Source: Guillardia theta CCMP2712
Lineage: Eukaryota; Protista; Cryptophyta
DNA: 64,000 bases
Reading direction: 5' to 3'
Assembly: GCF_000315625.1 (NCBI RefSeq)
Contig: NW_005434606.1
Span: forward strand, 224,740-288,739
The notes under the pieces were generated by a model. That model searched no databases, was not told the DNA's origin, and saw only the letters and a list, made by a program, of their open reading frames with translations. Positions 1-12,729 of the stretch are shown piece after piece. Positions within the stretch are counted from its first letter, which is position 1; each line of letters opens with the position of its first letter. The translations under genes and the position numbers were made by a program.

Positions 1-99
1 TATTCTAAATTATTCTCTAATATTTCAAACATACGAGATAGTATTCATCTGTAGGTCCTAAAATCTCGATATGAGATCTGCTGCTACCCAGAGATTTCA

Positions 100-1500
100 T
101 TCCGAAAAGGTATCTTTTCAGTTCCCTAGGGACTCTCATTTCCGTTAACCGATAGCCCCTAGATTTTCTCCCCTATGCTGACGATCTCACATAAAGGCTG
201 CGGGACTAAAATAAGGCTTCCCACAGGGGGTCGGGTGATAGATCCGGCATGACTGTGATCACCCCATGAATCAATAATAATTTGCAGCGAAGATATATGG
301 TGGGGTCATAGGGGTCGTACGAGCAATTGGCCTGGGGGTACAAGGGGCGTTTAAGTGCTTGGCTCATAAAAGATGTTGGGGTGTATCTGAGATGTTACCA
401 TGGAAGGGGTGGGTGAAATGCTATTTGATGTAGTCCACCCGTGATACACACGTGAAGATGACGGGTGGGCTATAGGGTGATTGAATTTGTGGGGTCCAAA
501 TGCTTGGAAGAAGGGGGGTTGACTGAAGCAGTCAGGAACACCTACAGGGGGGTGGTAGGGGCGAAAAACAAAAGTTCTAGAATCTGCTAGAAGATTGAGC
601 GGAGGGGGTAGGGAACAGGATTGCGTGTGAGATGGAGGGACTGCCTCGTCCTCTTGCTTATCGATGCCAGACTCGATAAAAGGATGACCATGGGGTGGGA
701 GAAGATCGAGTTGAGCCCGCACAGTGTACACAGATTTCAGCAGGGTAGGGTGGGGTAGCTGTTTGAGATTTCTAAAAATAAGTTTTAGATGGTCATAAAG
801 AGAACCGCCCAACCATTAAAATACATATAAGTTTAATATACTTTTGATTTTTACATATATATTAAAGACACTGATTTCGTTTTAGGAAGTGTACAAGTTA
901 TTTAAAACCTACCCCCCGAGATGGATCTAGAGTGTTTGATGTTATCACATTGCATAGGGGTAGGTACTTCCGAAGTACCCCTGGGTACACCTTTGCCTTG
1001 GTTTTGTTTCAAAGTACTGTGAGAATCCCTAGACATGACTTTGTTTTTTAATAGCTAACTTCTTATGAAAGTTTATGTAGTCGCTGACCCTAACACTCCC
1101 CTCTAGATGTGGGTACAGACTACAGATTAAAGTTCTTATATGGTAGGGTACTATACCCTACCCTATGTGGCATGAAGACATCCCGTGGGCCCCCCATGCG
1201 GGATTGAAATCTCCTCCGAAAATAATTGTATAAAGTGAAACCCTGTGATTTGGATCTTGTCTTACCTAGACCAGTACCCCTCAGGGCAAAACATGACCCC
1301 TATAGGGCGGGGTGAAAATTGAATCTCGATTGCTGTAATGGGGGTACTGCTAGGACACAAACCGGTCTTTTAGATGTCAAAATGAGGGGTAAAAAACCTG
1401 AATTATCTGGAATGAATACAGGTGGGTACTTTCTGAGGGGTAGGGGTATGTTCAATGAGGGGTAGGGGTGAGCAGGGGTGTTGAGGTCCCCACCGCGCTA
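100..1500. repeat. GTAC/CTAG- and G/C-run-rich intergenic island, possibly decayed repeat or transposon DNA
   Basis: Dense ggggta/tacccc/ctag words and few CpG compared with genes. Hairpins ggtacttc-c-gaagtacc (963-979) and ggtagggta-cta-taccctacc (1142-1162). ORF 351-812 has no recognisable motif. Confidence 0.45.
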
Positions 1501-2140
1501 ATGGGAGGTTGCGAAACAGCGTGGAGAGAGGTAGGAGAGGAAGAAGGAGGAGAAGTCAGGGATGAAGGAGGTGGAATAATGAGATATCATGGCATTGGCA
1601 CAGGGTTTGACCTTGCTTTAAGATGTGCAGATAGAATTTACTGGTGTTGAGAAAGATCCGCTGTCCAGCGAACAAAGTTTTCGTAGAGACATTTTCTTTT
1701 TGGAATGTTTTGACTGAACGAACCTTCAGTATCAAGCGCTTGGAAGCATATGATGGAGATGGTTTTGCATGATTGAAAAAATATGTTTGAACTCTTTACT
1801 CTCACCGAATTGAGTGGATCGCATTGTAATTGGATCTAATATCACATGATACGGATTGGCTTCGAATTCGCCCCTCTCTGATGATAATTACAAACAGGCC
1901 ACTGTTGCGATCTTTTTTTATATTCTGCAAATACCTTTCAAAACTTTGAAATCCATTCTTGTTTCTTTTCATATCATTTATTCGGTAGAAAGATGGTAGA
2001 CATGCGTAACTCGTGAAAATTGTGCAACCCGCCTGCTCACGCAAAGACTTGTACCGTATCAGCTTCTTCTCTGATCCTTGCCCCGCAGAATTCTACCGTC
2101 ATCATATGAAAAGATCAACATCCATCCTTGTATAAGAAAT

Positions 2141-4094
2141 ATGCAGAGGGACAGTGGAGGGAAGACGGCTCCCGTTTTACCAAAACTGAAAAGCCCGCAA
2201 ATGTACCAAGCGAGCAAATCATCATCGTCAACAACTGGGCACAGTGGAACAGAAAGCGAAAGTTCTGGTAAGTTGACCTGTTGAAGTGCAACCCGACATC
2301 TGACGCTGGGTTTGTTCAGTCCTTGGAAAGCGCAACAGCTCGGAGTTGGACATTGACAGCATAGAGCCTGATGAGCTGAAACGGCAGATCTACCGCCTGG
2401 CGCAAGACAACAGCAATCTGAAACAAGCTCTGACCAAGTCTCAAGAGGAAGTGAAGAAGCTCAAAGCCGTGATTGAGCTTCATGAAAGCCAAAAGAAGTC
2501 CAAGGAGGACAAATCTCAGTCCAGGTGCCGTGCAGATGAACGAGATCGAGCAGTGGTGCTGACTATGGTCTATGTGCAGGTATTGGACTGAAGCCGAGCA
2601 TCAGAGATTCCTCGATGCTCTTCAAACTGTGGGACCGAAAGATGTTAAGGCTATCGCACAGTTTGTAGGGACCCGTTCAGCGACGCAAGTACGAACTCAT
2701 GCGCAGAAGTACTTCATCAAGCTTGTGAGACCAAGAGCAGTCGATGCGCCTCTTTGTGTTTAATTGTCTCTTGACTAGGCGAGGATGAAGAAATCAGCAG
2801 AGGAGGCAGCTAAGACTGGAGGCCCCGACGCTGCGCAGGCATGGTGGTTGAAGGTACTTGAGAGGAGCAATCCTATGACAGCGAGGTCACGCTATGTGTT
2901 AGGCCATGCAAAGCAAATCATCCTCGTCATCCTCATCCTCCTCCTCAAGTTCAGAGAGAGAGAAGTCTGATCGGTGAGTGGTAAGAAGCGTTGGTCACAT
3001 GACACTGATAAGGTTGTGTAGCAAATCTAAGAAGGATGCGAAGAAGCACGGCAGCCGACACCTGGACATCAACGAGATGGACTCGAGCAGCATTCAGGTC
3101 CAGCTGTCCTCCAAGAGAGGATAGGCTTTCTCTGACGTGAATGCAGGCGCTTGCTGAGATGGTCTGCGCGTCGGCATCCGCCCTTGAAGCCTCGTCCACT
3201 GGCACGAAGAACTCACCGGAGAAGAAATCAGAGAAGAGGTAAAAACCTGATTCCCTGCTCCTTCACACTCCTCCATCCCTCCTTGCCTTCGCTTCTTCTC
3301 TCTTCTTGGCTGTTTCTCCACCATCTGCCCCACTTTCCGTTTCTATGCTCCTCTCTTTTCTGGCGCTCGTGAAATCATTGCACCATTTTCCTTGGTCTGC
3401 TGTTTTCCCTTCTCCGCAGTCCTTTTTCCTCACTCCTTACCCCTCTTCCTGTAGGTCAAGACATGCGGAGGCAGGGACCACAGACGAGCCCTCGTCCTCG
3501 AGGAGAACGTCTAATGCCACGTCTACGAAGAGCAAGGCCTCAACCCTCGAGCTCGGGGGACTGCAGGCGACTCGGACGGGCAAAGGAAACAACCTAACGT
3601 CTTCCTCCAATGAGGTACGCGGCGGCGGCGGCGGCAGTGGCAGGAGGAGGAGGAGGAGGAGGAGTATCTCTTTGCGTGCTTGGCTGACATGACGAGTAGG
3701 AGTCGGGGGCGACGGACGGGAGCTCTACCCATGGGAACGGTACCTCGAATGGCAGCTGGAACGAGTCGGGATCAAACAACAGCATGAGCCTCAACTCGGA
3801 GGGGTCGTCAAATAATGCAAGTTCGCACAACTCCGATGGTAAGAATGATGAAGATGAGACGAGATGGATGATGTGGTTGTCTGGAGCGGTTGCAGCCAGG
3901 GCCTTTGTTCCTGTCCCTTGCTCTCTGTTGCGTTGTGATCTGCCGACAAGACCTGCATGTTCCTGCGTCGCTGATGATGAGGTGCAGGGGGTTCGAACAA
4001 CTCCAATAACGACAGCGGAGGAGTCTCGGACGGTGGAGGATCGGACGGAGAGCCGAGCACGAGATGGTACGTGCCACGTGGCGGTTTTTTGTAA
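2141..4094 (+). CDS. SHAQKYF-class MYB-related transcription factor with N-terminal coiled coil (spliced; 3' end approximate)
   Basis: Exons 2141-2267, 2320-2524, 2580-2724 join via GT-AG introns into ...QSQSRYWTEAEHQRFLDALQTVGPKDVKAIAQFVGTRSATQVRTHAQKYFIKL. Ser/Asn-rich downstream exons; a possible stop at 4092-4094. Confidence 0.85.
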
Positions 4095-4299
4095 GCTAAG
4101 ATGGTTGTGCATGGGGGGAACAGAGACACGCGAGCATGCGGGGAAGGAAGTCGTCACTCGGCCCAGCTCTTTCCCAGCAGCAGTGGGGGAGGGGGGGAGG
4201 AGTGACGTCATGGTTGGTTGTGCTCGCGTGTCCGATGGTGTTTTTTTTGTCTATCAGTGTACATAGAGATGAAGAGATTAAAAAAGGATCTTGTCCCGT

Positions 4300-5085
4300 C
4301 AGTGGCACTGCAGCACCGACCGGCGCCGCACACGCAGGGCGTGTTTGAGTGAGAGTCACTAACACGGTAGACTCAGTGCAGCCGCTGAGTACTGATCAAG
4401 CACTTCCAGTGCATGATGGTGGTGATAACTTGCGGGCCAAGCCTGGCCGACTCGCCATATCGCCGCGGTGGCCAAACGTTGAACAAGCCTGGCGGTCCGA
4501 TCACGGTGCCTGGCTTCTGAAGCCACGGTTGAATCGACGGTCAACCGTGACCGTACCGTCATCGGGGGGGGCGTCGCCGCTGAGCCAGCCGGGCCAGTGC
4601 CACTGTGACGCGCAGCCGAGGGCTTGTGACGCGCAGCCGAGGGCTTGCCACTGTGACGCGCAGCCGAGGGCTTGCCACCGCCGGACGCACTGGCACCGCG
4701 CCGCGGCACGGCACTGCAGGGCGCGGCTCCGGGTCGTGTACGGTACCCCGCGAGGACGGGCCTCCGAGTCGGGGGGGACCCGGTACCCGCGGCCGCCTAC
4801 CGGCGGATCGGACTCGTGACCGCCGCGACGCCGGGCGGGGCCCGTGGGCGGCGGCGGGTCACTAGTACGGTAGTACCATCGTGCCGTGGCCTTGGCGTCC
4901 GACAGGCTCGGTGACTAGGCTAGCCGGTGAGTGGCAGCCTAGTACTTCACTTTGAGTAAACTCGGAGTACTGTACGGGGTCACGGTGGCGGCCGTGTCCG
5001 TCCGATCACTGAGGCCGCGGCTCAGTTCCTGGCCCGGCCCGGGCCTGGCCCGGCCCGGCCGGAACTTCCGAGGCCTGCCATAGTC
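4300..5085. repeat. GC/CpG-rich hairpin-mosaic island A
   Basis: ggcttc-t-gaagcc (4512-4524), cacggttga/tcaaccgtg (4524-4549), actgag/ctcagt (5008-5026); rich in gtgac/gtcac, gactc/gagtc, ccgg, ggcc. Confidence 0.7.
4600..4678 (+). repeat. Three tandem copies of tgtgacgcgcagccgagggct
   Basis: Directly visible, with or without a tgccac spacer. Confidence 0.9.
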
Positions 5086-5232
5086 GGAAAAACCAGGGAA
5101 AGAAACATGGGGAGAGAAAGAAGAGAGGGAGGAAAGTGAAGAGGAGGAAAGAGAAGAGGAGGAGGGTAAGAGATTAGTAGAGGAAAGACAAGTTTCAGCA
5201 AGGTTGCCGCTTTTTTGAGTCAGCTCGATGCG

Positions 5233-8200
5233 ATGATGAATGTTGCTGTTTTCCTTCCGGCTATCTTCCTGTTTGTGATCAGTCCATCCTTGGGTTTCCG
5301 ATTGTGCGGTACCCGCCCATGGCTCGCGCCGAAACGAACGAGCGCCATGCTCGAGCTGCGATCGCACGGACTCATCTGCGTCTTGAGGGAGAGCAGGAGG
5401 AGCAGATGTGTCTTCACTTGTTCGCACAAGGAGCAAGGAGCACAAAACGGGGGACAACAAATTCCTTCCTTGACAGAGGCGGAAGAGCAGGATGACGCTG
5501 AGAACAAGCTTCCATCGCTACATCGGTTTCATGACATGGAGGATATCTCTGCTTCCCTTCGCTCTGTCTTGCTCAGGCGCCAGCAGGGACACCTGGACGA
5601 TTCTTCCCTGCCGTCGTGCTCTTCGTGGGAGGAACTCGTTTCTCTTTTGCAGCCATGGGAGGCGTGCATCGTGATGAATCAGATAGCAAGAGTCTGTCCG
5701 AAGAGAGGAGGAGGAGGAGGAGGAGGAGGAGGAGGAGGAGGAGGAGGAGGAGGAGGAGGAGGAGGAGGAGGAGGAGGAGGAGGAAGCTTCGTTTGGTGGA
5801 AGCAGAACGACTGATGACATGCTTGTCGGCGCGTCTTGCTCCAAGCATGCACGGGCTCTCGTCTAAGAATGTCGCGTGGGCTCTGAATGCAGCGAAGAAA
5901 GTTCCTCACTCTGACGGCTCCTCTCTCTTCCTCGCAGCCGCCACCTACCTCCCTCAGACCCTTCCCGCCGACTTTGGAGCTCAGAACCTTGCGCTCGTAG
6001 CTAACGCCATGGCATGGATGAGCCAGAGGATGGAGGAGGCAGAGGAGGAGGGCGGGGAAGGAAACTTGAAAGAGAGGATGAAGGATTCCGGGTGTGCTGG
6101 GTTCCTGCAAGAGGCAGCAAGGAACATCTCAGTGGAGGAGTGGAAGAAGAGGCCGCGGGCTCTGTCCATGTTCGTGCAGGCGGCGGGGAAGCTTGAGATG
6201 AGGGGGGAAGAGTTCAGCAAGCACATGATGAGAGTCCTGCAAGACAAGGAGATGCTTCATGGTGAGAAAGAGACGGGGGAAGACAAGGGGGAGGAGGGAT
6301 GGGAGGGATGGGAGGGATGGGAGGGATGGGAGGGATGGGAGGGATGGGAGGGATGGGGAAAGGAAATGAGAGAGTACAGGAGGGAGAGGAAAGGGCACAT
6401 GAATTAGGGGAAAGGAGGGGAGAGGAAGTGAGAGGATGAGGTGAGGCGACAGTTCAGGGGGAAGGAGAGATGGGATGGAGGTTGGATCAAATGGCTCGGA
6501 GGTGGAGGTGCGGGATGACTAACACGGCATGCAGGGCTGGTGGCCGGAGGAGGAGGACAGTCTGTCGCGCTGGTGGTGCATGCGGTGGACATGATGGAGC
6601 TAGAGGAGAGCGAGAAAGAAGAGCTCAAGCAAAGCTTGGAGGAGGCTGTACTGCTGGTGCAGGAGGAAGGAGGGACGGGGAGGGAGGGAGGGAGGGAGGG
6701 AGGGATGGATGGAGGGAGGGAAGGGTGCGGAATATGAAGGAGGCAGGGCGTTCACTTTGCTGGCAGGTTCCTCCCTCCAAGTTTGGCTCGCAGGAGACAA
6801 GCATGATACTGCGAGGGCTGCTGACGTCAAGAGACTGCAAAGCAGAAGTCGTAGATCATCTGCAGGAGGCAGCCTTGCTAATCCCTTCTAAGCTGTGGTC
6901 CCCTCAGGTTTCTTGCTCCTCCTCCTCCTCCTTCTCCGCCTCCTCCTCCTTCTCCGCCTCCTCCTCCTCCTCCTCCTCCTCCTCCTCCTCCTCCTCCTCC
7001 TGCACTAAAAACAGTCCCCTCCCTCTTCCCTTTTTCTTTTCTCTTTCTCATCCTCGTGCTGCTCGTGCTCCTCTAGATCCCTCTCTTGCTCTTCTTTCAG
7101 CTCCTCTTGCCGCAGCCTCTACCGCGCACATCTCCTGACCTCTTGTTCCTGCTTCTTAACTCCTGTACCTTCTCCATCTCCCGTCTCTCTCCTCTCTCTC
7201 TGACTATATCCAGGCTGTAGCCCACACTCTCAACGCGCTTGCCACCTCCTTCTCCTCTTCCTCCTCCTCCTCATCATCATCATCTGAGCGCGTCTTTCGC
7301 CACCTGCTCAGCGTCATCAGCAGCTGGGACCTCCTGCGCGCAGATTTTCTTCCTCAGCATCTCGCTCTCATCCTTGCTGCTTGCGCTCGAGCGAGGGTAA
7401 GTTCTCCAACCCCTGCCCCTTCCCCTCCTCCCACTGTACTGTACCTTCTCTCCCTTCTCTCTCTGTATCTTCTCCCCCTCTTAATCCTTTGCTCTTCTTT
7501 TACTTCCCTTGCAGCTTGCAATCCTGCTTTCTCTGCTTCATGTGTTGTGTGTTTCTTTACCCTCACTGTTCCCTCCCTTCCTTCAAATGTTCCCTTCCTT
7601 TCTTTCCCCTCTGCTTCTACTCCCCTCGCCATGTTCTCCTCCTCTCTCCTCACTCCTCTCCTGTCTCGTCCCATCGCATCTCAACCTCCTCTGGCTCTTC
7701 TTCCCTGACTAGCATCAGTTCAACAGCAGATTTCTTTTACAGCTCGTCCATGACACGCTCGAGAAGAGGAAAGACTGGATGCCTATCGAACAAGGCCAGG
7801 ACCTCTCTCGCTTCCCTCCTCCCGGCAAGGGGGAAGGAAGGGGGAGAGGAGGAAGGAGGACGAGGACGAGGTCAAGCGCGTTCAAGGACGTGGAGCTTGC
7901 AGCCATTGCCAACGCGTGCACCAAGATCTACTCTGATCTCAAGGAGCCGCACGGGGAGCTGGACGCGTCCTCCAGCTCTCGAGGCTTTCCCTCAGAAGTC
8001 TGGAGAATCTTCGAGCAGCTCTGTGTCCTCTCCACCTCCTCTCTCTCCTCTCCCTACCCTCCTTCCTCCTCCAACTCCTCGGCCATAAGTCCAGCTGCTA
8101 GCCTGGTCGCCTCATTTGCACGAGCTGAATTTCGGTGCCTCCCCTTCCTCCGGACCATGACGACCAACCTGCTGGCTGCAGATGATCTCCCGCTTGACTC

Positions 8201-9780
8201 CATCGCTCAGGTCTTGCATGCCTTCGCCGTCCTCGGCTGGGAGGAGGAGAGAGTAGTTCAGCACCTTCTTTCCCTCCTCCTCCTCCATCCTCCGGCAGAC
8301 TTCAACGCCATGACACTGGGCAAGCTCTCCTGGGCATGCGCCGTCCTCAATGTTCGGGACGAACGGGTTGTTTCTCTCCTCCTGCAAGCCATAGATCGTC
8401 TCTTCTACGAGCTCCTTGAAGGCAGAGAAGCGGAAGTGACCTCGAGAAGGGCAGGAGGAGGAACAGGAACAGGAGCAGGAGAAGGAACAGGAGCAGGAGC
8501 AGGAGCAGGAGATGGAAGGACTGTCATGATGAAGTATCAAGATCTGCGAGAGGTTCGTCAGGTCCATCAGTTCCTTCTCAACTGCAGGCTGGAGAAGGTC
8601 ATGGAGACTTGGAAAGAGGAGGAAGAAGAAGTTTGGAGGGTTCGTGAAAACATCTCCAAGAAGATCTTTGAAGCAAGATCCCGTGAGCTACTTCTCCTTT
8701 CCTTCCGATGCTAAACCTGTCCTCGCTCTTCCTCCTTGCTCCTAGTTGCCCTCTCCTGTCTCATCGTCTTTCCATCCCAGGCAACCGAGCTATGCTCTCC
8801 TCGCTACAGGCAGAAATCCAGAGGAAATTGAAAGAGATGAGCTACAAAATCAAAACTGAGGTCATCGACGAAAAATCTGGATACAGGTCATTCTCCTCCT
8901 CTTTCCTCCACTCTCTTTCTCCCGTCTTCGCTCTCTTTCTGTTCCCTTTTCCCTGCCTCCCGCTTCTCTCCTTCCATCAGATTCTCGTTCCCCTCCCTCC
9001 CTCCCTCTCCATCCTTCAAGATCTCTTAGTAACAGACTTGAAGTGACTCCCGTTGTCGCAGCATCGACATTGTCATCCGGTCTGGCGAAGGTTCCTCCTC
9101 CTCCTCCACCACCACCACCACCACCACCTCCTCCTCCTCCTCCTCCTCCTCCTCCGCCTCCTCTCACTCGCCCCTCCCTCACTCTTCGATTCCCTCCAAT
9201 CTGCCAGATACCTGCTTTCCCCTTTCCTCTCTCTCTCCCCTCCTCCCCTTCCTCTTCTTCTGCTCCGCCTCCTCCTCCCCTTTCTCCTCATCCTGTCAGT
9301 GATCTCTTCCCATCCTCCTACAGGAGTCGACGAAGAGCATCCGATTGCCGTGGAGGTTGATGGGCCCGGTGCTGCCTCCCTTCGCCTGTGCTGGAAGTGA
9401 CTGGCAGCAGGTCACTACATGCGACCAGGCCTACGAGAGCTGGTTGGGGGAACTAAGATGAAGACAAGGCACTTGTGCCGGCTCGGATGGAAGGTGAGGA
9501 TGAGACAGAAGCATGAAGGATGCTGTGTAGGAGCAGAAGGGTGGGGAGGAGTGGAGGGAGAGGGGAGAAGGACGAGAAACGGCCGAAGGAACAGATGCGG
9601 GAGAAGAGGAGCAAGGGGCGGTGGAGTGGAGGACGGGGAGGAGCTCCATGGGGGGTTCACCTTCATTGCATAACGCAGGTGGTTGCGATACCCTACTGGG
9701 AGTGGAACGAGGCGAGAGATGCGGGGGAGGAGGAGCGATACCTTTCCCAGAGGATCGCAGCGGCAGCATCGTCACCATGA
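5233..9780 (+). CDS. RAP-domain protein with helical (OPR/FAST-like) repeats, likely plastid-targeted RNA-binding factor (spliced)
   Basis: Last exons 9324-9368, 9411-9493, 9679-9780 give PIAVEVDGPGHYMRPG...GGTKMKTRHLCRLGWKVVAIPYWEW, a RAP motif. Repeats such as FGAQNLALVANAMAW, FKDVELAAIANACTKI, FNAMTLGKLSWACAVL. N-terminus MMNVAVFLPAIFLFVISPSLG-F looks like signal peptide + Phe. Confidence 0.85.
5707..5784 (+). repeat. (GGA)26 microsatellite
   Basis: Directly visible. Confidence 0.95.
6291..6357 (+). repeat. (GGGAGGGAT)n 9-mer tandem repeat, probably intronic
   Basis: Directly visible; lies between donor gtgaga (~6262) and acceptor catgcag (~6534). Confidence 0.85.
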
Positions 9781-9836
9781 CAACAAGCGTATCCACTACA
9801 ATTTTAAACACAAACTACAAGAATCTCCCTGGTCGC

Positions 9837-12195
9837 CTACTGCTCCGCCTTCTCCAACTTGGTCACCGTCCACGATGGCTTCATGAACTCTCCCCTGTGG
9901 TCCTTGCCGATCGTCTCGAACGTGTCGACCTGGATGATTTTCTCCCTCAGCTCCTCAGCCGCGTTGATGAGCTTCTGCTCCTCCTCCGTCGGCTCGCGCT
10001 TCTCCTTGCGGCACGCGCTCAAGACCTTGTCCGCATCGAACGCCAGCGTCACGGCCCTGGCGATCTGGTTGACCCTGTCGCTCTCCTTCTTGGACACAAA
10101 CACGTTGTCAGTGAGCAGAGCGCGAACTTCAGTTGGGCAGGTGATCAGGTTCGACACGTCCCTCCTCAACGAGTCCTTGGCCGGGAAGTACTCACGGCCC
10201 CGGGGGAACGTCAGCACCCGCATCATCGGCCCGAGGCCAGGGATGGGGAAGTTAGAGAAGATCCCAAAGAAAGCCTCCTGGATCTTGTGGCAGCAATCCG
10301 CCATCGCGATGTCCAGAACCTTGCTGAGCCCCTTGACGTTCTTGTTGTTCTGATAGTACCACAGGCAGGCATACCCAATGTAGAGGTTGCTGAGAATGTC
10401 AGCATATCGCCCGGAGATGTACTCTGCTGTCTTCAGGCCTCCTCCCATCGTCATTCCAACATCTGAGCAGAAGGCGAAGTTTGCCGCGAGCCTGCTCATC
10501 TGAGCTTCGTAGTACCCGGCGACATCATTTCCCTTGGGCTGGAACTGGACGGCAAGTCCACGAGAGATGCTGCTGCCCAAGTTGCTCATGGCGTGAACAA
10601 TGATGTTCTTGAGCTCCTGGTTGAAACCGATGATGTCATCGCCCTTCTGGATGGACTCAATCAGCTTGAGGAGGTGGGGATGGGAGCGGTTCAGGCCCTG
10701 GCCGAAGATGATCAGAGATCGAGTCAAAGCATTGGCTCCCTCCACAGTGATAGCAATCGGCATAGCGCAGTAGGCAGTGGCCAAGTAGTTGGATGGTCCC
10801 TTGATGATTCCGGCGCCCCCAATAACGTCCATGGCCTCGTTGACAGCCTCTCGACCTCGCTCAGTGCAGTAAGCCTTCATGATGGCAGACAGCACGGGGG
10901 GCTTGTCTCCTTCAGCAAGGATCGCATCGAACAAGTGCTGGCCAGCAACGCACTGATACGTGTTCCTAGCGATGACTGCAAGCTTCTCCTGGACGCCTTC
11001 CATATTGGCGATTGGCACCTTGAATTGCTTTCGGACTCGCGCGTATCCACCGACCTGACAGCGAAGTCATTCTCCTCCTTAGACCACAGTCATCAAGAGG
11101 TACCGCAAGGCATGACAAACGGCCGCTAGAAACTGCCATGGCAGGCAGAGAAATACCACGTCCCTCTCCGAGGCATTCCACGAGCATGTTCCATCCATAA
11201 CCTACCAAACTTGTCAAATCGCCTGATTTTAAAGGCTCAGCTTGCACGCTCACCAGTCTTGGCTTCTCCTCCAATGACGCAGGACATCGGGATGAAGACG
11301 TTGTCGCCCTGGACGGTGCCGTTCATGAAAGCAGCGTTGAGCGGGTTGTGGCGAGCTCCAACTCTCAACCCCTTGATCCCTTCAGGAGCAAACTGGTTGG
11401 GCTCAGTGGGAAGAAGCGCGACTGTGATTCCCTCCTTGCCCTTCGTGAGGAGCTTGTTGGGATCCCTCAACTTGAACGCGAGTCCAACCACTGTAGCGAC
11501 AGGTGCCAAGGTAATGTAGCGTTTGCTGAAGCTTACACGCATTCCGAGCACACCGTTCTCCTGCACAACAACGCCTTCATCCTGCATAGAGCCAGCTGCA
11601 TCAGATCCGTTGGGTGCTCCAGTAAGACCAAAGCATGGGATGTCAATGCCATGCGCAAGTCGGGGAAGGTAAAAATTCTGCTGCTCGGGAGTACCATAAT
11701 GGTACAAAAGTTCACCAGGACCGAGGGAGTTTGGCACCATGACAGTGACAGCAGCAGCTCCATTCCTTCCAGCAATCTTCTCAACAACGCGAGCATGGCC
11801 GTGACCGCTGAAACCCAAACCACCGTATTTCTTTGGGATGATCATACCCATGAACTTGTTCTCCCTGATGTAATTCCACACCTCCGGGGGAAGATTCTGG
11901 TCCTTGTCAATCTGGTGGCTATCCAGCATTTCACACAGGGCCTCGGTCTCGTTTTCAATGAAGGCTTGCTCCTCCGGGCTGATCTTGATCTTGTACTTCT
12001 CCATGAGCTTCTTGGTCGAAGGGTTTCCTTCAAAAAGCTCGCGGTCGAAGCAAACACTGCCGGAGTTCAACGCTGCTGCCTCCGTCTCTGAGATCTTTGG
12101 CATGACACTCTTTGCCAGAGTGTATGCAGGACCAATAAATCCTCTCTTCTGGAGTTTAGCAATGGCGTTGGCATAGAACACTTTCGCTCCCTGGA
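9837..12195 (-). CDS. fadE: FadE-type long acyl-CoA dehydrogenase (spliced; first exon not resolved)
   Basis: Motifs VMVPNSLGPGELL, PCFGLTGAPNGSDA, KRYITLAPVATVVGLAFKL, GWNMLVECLGEGRGISLP, RKQFKVPI, PIAITVEGANALTRSLIIFGQG, ISGRYADILS and terminal LREKIIQVDTF, typical of the bacterial-type FadE family. Confidence 0.9.
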
Positions 12196-12209
12196 GCCAG
12201 AGTATTAGG

Positions 12210-12279
12210 CATAGGCAAAACAACCACAAACACCTATAATCACACATAGGCAAAACAACCACAAACACCTATAATCACA
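12210..12279 (+). repeat. Exact 35-bp tandem duplication cataggcaaaacaaccacaaacacctataatcaca (likely intronic)
   Basis: Copies at 12210-12244 and 12245-12279. Confidence 0.9.
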
Positions 12280-12729
12280 ATGGATTGATCTTCTTACCAT
12301 TGGAGAGAATCACAAGATATATCAAGACAACTTCTTTCCATCATATTTCCATGTTCATTTCACCGCCATAACGTCACATTGCTCTTCTCCTCTCACAGCA
12401 GAGCAGCAGGCGTGCGGGCACGCAGGTTTGACCAGCAACGTAGAGCAGCAAGACAAGAAAACACGGGCATTCACAGCATCGCATCAGAGGAGCAGGAAGC
12501 TAGCCGACAGAAACATGGACAGCGCTGTCGCTCATTCTCACCCGCGCTGATAGGGCGGCCGCGCCCTTCCTCGGTCCCTGCAGCATTCCCTCTCTTGCGC
12601 CCCGCCCCAACTCCTCCTCTCAAATAGGCGCACAGTATCCCTCCCAAAAGTTCTCATATTCATTAAAAGTTCATGATGTTCACCTGCAGCCGTAGACGAT
12701 AGAGGAGGCATACCTCGATTCATTTATTC

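Noticed and set aside
351-812. 153-aa ORF as a real gene or transposon protein
   Set aside because: Non-ATG start, Pro-rich because of C-runs, and no RT, integrase or transposase motif.
1650-2044. Small minus-strand gene upstream of the MYB gene
   Set aside because: Short open stretches only; no convincing exon chain or motif.
4600-4678. CRISPR-like array
   Set aside because: Tandem copies without unique spacers, no cas genes, eukaryotic context.
4349-4914. ORFs inside the GC islands (also 20168-20625, 33859-34571, 37531-38548)
   Set aside because: Arg/Pro/Gly/Ala-rich frames open on both strands simply because stops are rare at this GC content.
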